Positions 59,728-64,000 of a stretch of DNA of 64,000 bases are shown here, piece by piece; the first letter of the stretch is position 1, and each line of letters opens with the position of its first letter. The notes under the pieces were generated by a model. It did not search any database, had not been told where the DNA came from, and saw only the letters and a list, made by a program, of their open reading frames with translations. The stretch is from Aulosira sp. ZfuVER01. Its GTDB lineage: Bacteria; Cyanobacteriota; Cyanobacteriia; Cyanobacteriales; Nostocaceae. Location: NCBI GenBank assembly GCA_034530615.2, contig JAVRCV020000073.1:64001-128000 (forward strand), in the 5' to 3' direction. The position numbers were made by a program, and so were the translations under genes.

Positions 59728-59872
59728 CCGATCGCCAGATCTGTATGGTCAACCCACCGCCTAGCTGAAAGCAAGCAGGTAATTTGCCAGATAGAGACTC
59801 CCGACAATAGTAATAGCAGGATAATCGGCAGAGCGATCGCGTCGATCAGTCTCCGCCTGAATGCAATGGTAT
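59728..59872 (-). pseudogene. N-terminal relic of a CHASE3-type membrane sensor (TM + start of CHASE3)
   Basis: Manual translation AFRRRLIDAIALPIILLLLLSGVSIWQITCLLSARRWVDHTDLAI; no start codon; similarity ends at GCGATCGG. Confidence 0.6.
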
Positions 59873-59873
59873 A

Positions 59874-60046
59874 ACTCGTAAATCAAGTTTTTGATTCGCA
59901 AATTAAGTTTTTGATTCGCAAATTAAGTTTTTGACTTGCAAATCAAGTTTCTGACTCGCAAATCAAGTTTTTGACTCGCAAATTAAGTTTTTGACTCGCA
60001 AATTAAGTTTTTGATTCGCAAATTAAGTTTTTGATTCAGAAATTAG
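59874..60046. repeat. Tandem array of eight 20-bp quasi-palindromic units
   Basis: Consensus AAT(T/C)AAGTTTTTGA(T/C)TCGCA x8 (59881-60040) plus partial flanks; no spacers. Confidence 0.95.
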
Positions 60047-60149
60047 CTTCACAATTGATTAACTGGCTAATTACATCAAATTCCGTTATATCTAACGGTT
60101 TATATCCTAAAGCTTAATCTCATAGCTCTATCAGTTCATTAGCTTGCAT

Positions 60150-60629
60150 TTACTCAGGCTGACTACAATACTTATTAAGGTCATTCACTAACTTATCAGA
60201 ATCCTTACCAGCAGTTTTGGCTGCTGCTGTCAGTGCTGTGTCAATATCCGATCTAGCCTTTTGCAGTGTTTCCCTGCCAGATGCTGAGGCTTCAGCTGTC
60301 TTAGCTGAAGCAAGAGCCTTAGCTGCTTTGGCGATCGCTTGGCTAAGATTCTTGAATCCTTTGGCAAAACGGCTTTGGTATTCTTTTAACTTGGGATCTT
60401 GTAAGTTCAGTTCCTCTATGGATTTGGTGACAGCTTCCAAATCTTTGGACAGTTGCAAGCTTGTGATCACCTGCTGTCCTTTATTTTTATCAATTAGAGA
60501 ATTGCCGTCATTCACCGCCTGAATTAGTCGTTGACACTGAGAGGCTTTAGTCCCACTACAAGCATTAATCAGCAAAGCGATACTCAGGCTAACAGGAACA
60601 ATAACGTTATATTTACGCAAAACAAACAT
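60150..60629 (-). CDS. Helical lipoprotein, hypothetical
   Basis: Lipobox LINA-C; ATG at 60629 preferred. Confidence 0.75.
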   Translation of the reverse strand: MFVLRKYNVIVPVSLSIALLINACSGTKASQCQRLIQAVNDGNSLIDKNKGQQVITSLQLSKDLEAVTKSIEELNLQDPKLKEYQSRFAKGFKNLSQAIAKAAKALASAKTAEASASGRETLQKARSDIDTALTAAAKTAGKDSDKLVNDLNKYCSQPE

Positions 60630-60847
60630 GAACACCCACCAGCAGTAAAATCCCAACAATAGTATCTAATAATTCAGTAATTGTGTTATGAAGTAACGAA
60701 ATTAGATACATCTATCAAATTACTGCCCGATCTTGTAGCTCATGGGTGTGGAGTAGCAATCAATAATTCGCGTTTTGACCTTTTGCCAGCACCCAACTGA
60801 ACAGTAATCAGAAGCGGGATGGAATATCCCGCTTTATAATCGCTGGC

Positions 60848-61612
60848 TTACCAATCTACTGGCAAACCTAACTTATCTAAAGTATGCCCATCTTGTAAAA
60901 GTGGCTGAATCTCTCTGTCTATAGGAATGTGGCCATCAGCCAGTACCAAGGCACGTTGAGTAACTTTACCCAACCAATTTAGATCGTGGGAGGCAATTAA
61001 TATGACTTTCACTGGCAAATTTAATAACACTTGCGCTAAGTGTCGCCTCCATGCAGGGTCAAGACCGTTAGTAGGCTCATCTAAAATCAAAATCTCAGGC
61101 TCTAGGGCTAAAATTGCTGCCAGAGCAACCAAGCGTCTTTGTCCTCCAGAAAGTTGATGAGCAGAACGGTTGGCATAGGCTTCTAGTCCAAAATTAGCTA
61201 ACAACTGGTGTGCCCGATCAATTGCTATTGCTGGTGAGACACCATAATTACGGGGACCAAAAGTAACGTCTTCGAGAATAGTCGGCATGAATAACTGGTC
61301 GTTAGCATCTTGGAAAGCAAAGCCAATTTGACGACGGACTTGGGATAGAGTTTTATGTTCTACAGGAATGCCATTAATCGATATTTGACCGCTTTGTGGT
61401 TGTTTTAAGCCAATGATATTTTCTAGCAAGGTACTTTTGCCAGAACCAGTGGCTCCCATTAGCGCCACGCGATCGCCTGCATTTAATCTAAAAGAAATGT
61501 CGCGTAATACTGGCTCTTGGTTGGCATAGGCATATACTAGGTTCTGCACCTCAACTACAGCAGCATGAGGATGACGGATCGAAGATTGGGGATTGGAAGT
61601 TAAAGATTTCAA
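60848..61612 (-). CDS. cbiO: ECF transporter ATPase
   Basis: GATGSGKS, FQD..DQLF.PT, LSGGQ and LDEPT motifs. Confidence 0.9.
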   Translation of the reverse strand: MKSLTSNPQSSIRHPHAAVVEVQNLVYAYANQEPVLRDISFRLNAGDRVALMGATGSGKSTLLENIIGLKQPQSGQISINGIPVEHKTLSQVRRQIGFAFQDANDQLFMPTILEDVTFGPRNYGVSPAIAIDRAHQLLANFGLEAYANRSAHQLSGGQRRLVALAAILALEPEILILDEPTNGLDPAWRRHLAQVLLNLPVKVILIASHDLNWLGKVTQRALVLADGHIPIDREIQPLLQDGHTLDKLGLPVDW

Positions 61613-61740
61613 GATTCACAACTCAAAAATCACAACTGCGCTTCTACTAAGTGTTACGCAAATTTATTTGTATTGGGATCGTCCTTTGTCATTAGTCATT
61701 GGTCATTGGTGTTAGCGAAGGACAAAGGACAATAAACTAA

Positions 61741-62397
61741 TTAGCTGAACTGGTAGGAGCTGATAGTTAAACAAGCAGCGATCGCACAAGCTGCTAACAG
61801 CGCAAAACGCTCTTTTGGTCTTAATGTCGAGTCTATCGGTAACTGTCCGTTGTAACCACGAGTTACCATTGCGGTGTAAACGCGCTCTGCCCGATCGAGA
61901 CTCCGGAGATACAAGGCTCCTATCATGGACGCACTGGCATAGCGTAGCCAGCCAGCAGAACCATTTAAACCACGTAATTGAGCGCTGCGCTGCATTCTTG
62001 TCACTTCTGACTGCAAAATTTCTAGGTACTGTCCGGCTAACAGCAAGTTTTCTTTTAACGGTAATGGTAGGGGTAAGCTTTTGAGAGCGATGCCAAAGCT
62101 ATGAGTCGGTAAGGTTAACAAAAAACTATTCATAGCAATTAGACAAATCAGAGAACGAACTAGCAAAAAACTGGCACGTTCCCATCCCAAGGGCAAAGCT
62201 AGCAGAGATAGGAAGATTAATTCAGTACCGAGTAATTTTCCTAGCTGAGGAATGCGTACACGTAACACCCAAGCCCACAAAAGTGCGATCGCGCCGTATA
62301 CAACCAAGTTGTTCCAAGCATGATGTTTTAACAAAGCTGCGCCGATAACAATAACTAGTGAGAGTTGCAGGCGTAGTGGTAGGGAAATTTTAAGCAT
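61741..62397 (-). CDS. cbiQ: ECF transporter T component
   Basis: AQLRG and RAERVYTAMVTRGY (two X-Arg-X motifs). Confidence 0.88.
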   Translation of the reverse strand: MLKISLPLRLQLSLVIVIGAALLKHHAWNNLVVYGAIALLWAWVLRVRIPQLGKLLGTELIFLSLLALPLGWERASFLLVRSLICLIAMNSFLLTLPTHSFGIALKSLPLPLPLKENLLLAGQYLEILQSEVTRMQRSAQLRGLNGSAGWLRYASASMIGALYLRSLDRAERVYTAMVTRGYNGQLPIDSTLRPKERFALLAACAIAACLTISSYQFS

Positions 62398-63313
62398 TAT
62401 TCGGTTTCACCACCTTAGCAATCCCAAAGGCAACAGCAAAGCAAACCGCAGCACCTACAAGCCCAGCGATACTAGTGCCAATTGTTCCCAAACCTTTAAT
62501 ACTGTAATCAGCTAAGGGCGTTGGGACAATAATCCGCACTTGTTTAGCTAAGTCAATAAATCCTAAGTTGGCGGCAACCCTTTCTAAGCCATCAGGCCAA
62601 GCTGAGGCAAAAAGTGAGAGTACACCCGCCACTAGAAAAATGCTGACAACGGGTACTAACCAACCACGAAATTGGTGTTGCTCCCCTGGTAATAAATCTG
62701 GTCTTTCCCTAGCGAGGTAAACTAACACGCCGCCAGTGATCAGCCCTTCACCAATGCCAATGAGAATATGAGTACCAGTCATTGCTGGTAAAACGATGGC
62801 TACTGGTGCTGTTCCCGAAAGTGCTAACTCAATGGCACAAGCTATGGCTGCTACTACTACACTCATACCAGCAGCAATACCCGCCGCTAGGGGTAAGCGT
62901 CCTCTCGATCCACCAAATAGCCGTTGCAATGTTTGAGTTAAGCCCCAGCCAACCCAAACACCAATAACTGCCATGTTGAAAATATTTGCTCCTAAAGCTG
63001 TGATCCCACCATCGGCAAACAGCACAGCTTGGATAATTAATACCGTAGCGATGCACAATGTCCCAGCCCAAGGACTACCTAAAACCACTGCTGCTAAGGT
63101 TCCTCCCAACAAGTGACCACTGGTGCCTCCTGCCACCGGAAAATTAATCATCTGAGCAGCAAAAATAAAAGCTGTAGTTAAGCCCAATACTGGAGCGCGG
63201 CGAATCCCAAAAGCTTCTTGCGATCGCCCAAATGCAACGAAGAGTGCTGCCGCACTCGCTAGACCTGTAGCCCCTGCCACCGATCCGGAAACAAATCCAT
63301 CAGGAATATGCAT
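62390..63313 (-). CDS. cbiM: Co/Ni ECF S component CbiM/NikM fused to a PDGLE (NikN-like) domain
   Basis: MHIPDG N-terminus, GGTSGH, ADGGITALGAN and PDGLE motifs. Confidence 0.9.
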   Translation of the reverse strand: MHIPDGFVSGSVAGATGLASAAALFVAFGRSQEAFGIRRAPVLGLTTAFIFAAQMINFPVAGGTSGHLLGGTLAAVVLGSPWAGTLCIATVLIIQAVLFADGGITALGANIFNMAVIGVWVGWGLTQTLQRLFGGSRGRLPLAAGIAAGMSVVVAAIACAIELALSGTAPVAIVLPAMTGTHILIGIGEGLITGGVLVYLARERPDLLPGEQHQFRGWLVPVVSIFLVAGVLSLFASAWPDGLERVAANLGFIDLAKQVRIIVPTPLADYSIKGLGTIGTSIAGLVGAAVCFAVAFGIAKVVKPNNA

Positions 63314-63408
63314 GATGTGCCCCGTGTGTCATGTTTTTATTCACACAAATTACTCAATGTAACTGCGGCATTAAATTAATAAAAAGCAGAAATTTAACTC
63401 TTTTTACA

Positions 63409-63425
63409 ATGCCCTACTGGGGGAT
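63409..63425. promoter_or_regulatory. Putative CsoR/RcnR-family (InrS-type) operator upstream of cbiM
   Basis: ATGCCC-TACT-GGGGGAT: opposed C and G tracts with AT ends in an otherwise very AT-rich region, about 95 bp upstream of the ATG. Confidence 0.5.
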
Positions 63426-64000
63426 TTTATAGTGATACTTCCGGTAGATTGACAATAAAATATACGTTAAATAATATACTTATTTTTTAATATTTAAATT
63501 TTTGTTAATTTTATTTTTAGATTAAATACTAGACTCAGGAAATTTACGCTGTTACTAGATGCTATGAACGCTATTTCAGCTTTTTCTGAGTTGACAAATA
63601 TTAATATTTATCTATGTTTAGCAGGAAATTCATTTGATATTTATCTATTTAGCGAGCAGGTGAGCAAAAATAAATATCGCACTGTTGCCATCATTCCTCT
63701 AAGACAAAATAGTAATATTCAGCAGTGTTCAATCACTTCTTTGGAGTTTCTTACCACATTTACTGTTTGGTCAGTGATTAATATCACAATTTAAACTTTA
63801 CCAACCAAATATTTTTTAATCAAAAAATATTAAATATTATTTGTTGATTTACTAATACAATTAAAATGTCAACAAAAATAAACTGACAATAATTAAGTAA
63901 GTCGGTGTTAAAAATTGTCATTATGACAAGGCAGGAGGCAGAGGAGCCACTGCGCGTCTACGGTTTATTTGCACTGTTCTACTTAAAAAAGAATCAAAAC

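Noticed and set aside
59716..59874. 52-aa plus-strand ORF upstream of the array
   Set aside because: It is antisense to the CHASE3 relic, has no clear SD and no recognisable features.
59874..60046. 20-bp array as a CRISPR array
   Set aside because: The units are contiguous with no unique spacers, and no cas operon is adjacent.
3813..63071. Numerous short ORFs nested in or antisense to long genes (e.g. 3813-4232, 4640-5056, 42148-42549, 48231-48590, 60217-60522)
   Set aside because: Shadow frames of well-supported genes with no independent motifs.
63564..63794. 76-aa ORF in the AT-rich terminal region (also 52292-52501 and 14599-14793)
   Set aside because: No SD or motif and composition like intergenic DNA; cannot be supported.
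1..64000. High density of GCGATCGC
   Set aside because: This is HIP1, a well-known genome-wide cyanobacterial octamer. It also weakens any single 'HIP1-flanked' argument.

Overview
This is chromosomal DNA from a heterocyst-forming cyanobacterium (Nostocales-like), judged from dense HIP1 GCGATCGC octamers, heptamer STRR tracts, and hglK, devH and susB homologues. Most of the window is core genome: a cobalamin cluster (cobG-cobH-cobI, cobL, DUF1636-cobK) with two B12 riboswitches, hglK, susB with a GH65/beta-PGM fusion, devH-pacR-Z-ISO-trxC-ndhF1-ndhD1, pgm, a P-type ATPase, recF, a PEP-synthase-like protein and a cbiMQO/nikMQO ECF transporter. Signals the ORF track misses or misreads: (1) a fused XisI and papain-fold-toxin (Tox-PL-2) relic upstream of an intact candidate immunity gene; (2) a complete but inactivated IS701 (21-bp TIRs, TTAT TSD) carrying an in-frame 54-bp mini-element related to other copies in the window; (3) two inverted copies of a 128-bp MITE-like element; (4) a Yfr2-type sRNA; (5) a 51-aa membrane microprotein; (6) a Ser/Thr kinase plus two membrane-anchored PstS-like genes, one with a single amber stop, between devH and pacR; (7) an uncharacterised HIP1-flanked two-gene cassette whose large protein has alpha-pore-forming-toxin-like architecture; (8) an array of eight 20-bp quasi-palindromic repeats abutting a CHASE3-sensor relic; (9) an InrS/CsoR-like operator upstream of cbiM. 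The two-gene cassette at 41.8-43.2 kb is the best candidate for an undescribed system. All family assignments come from motif recognition by eye; no database search was run, and PCC 7120 locus tags are recalled rather than checked.
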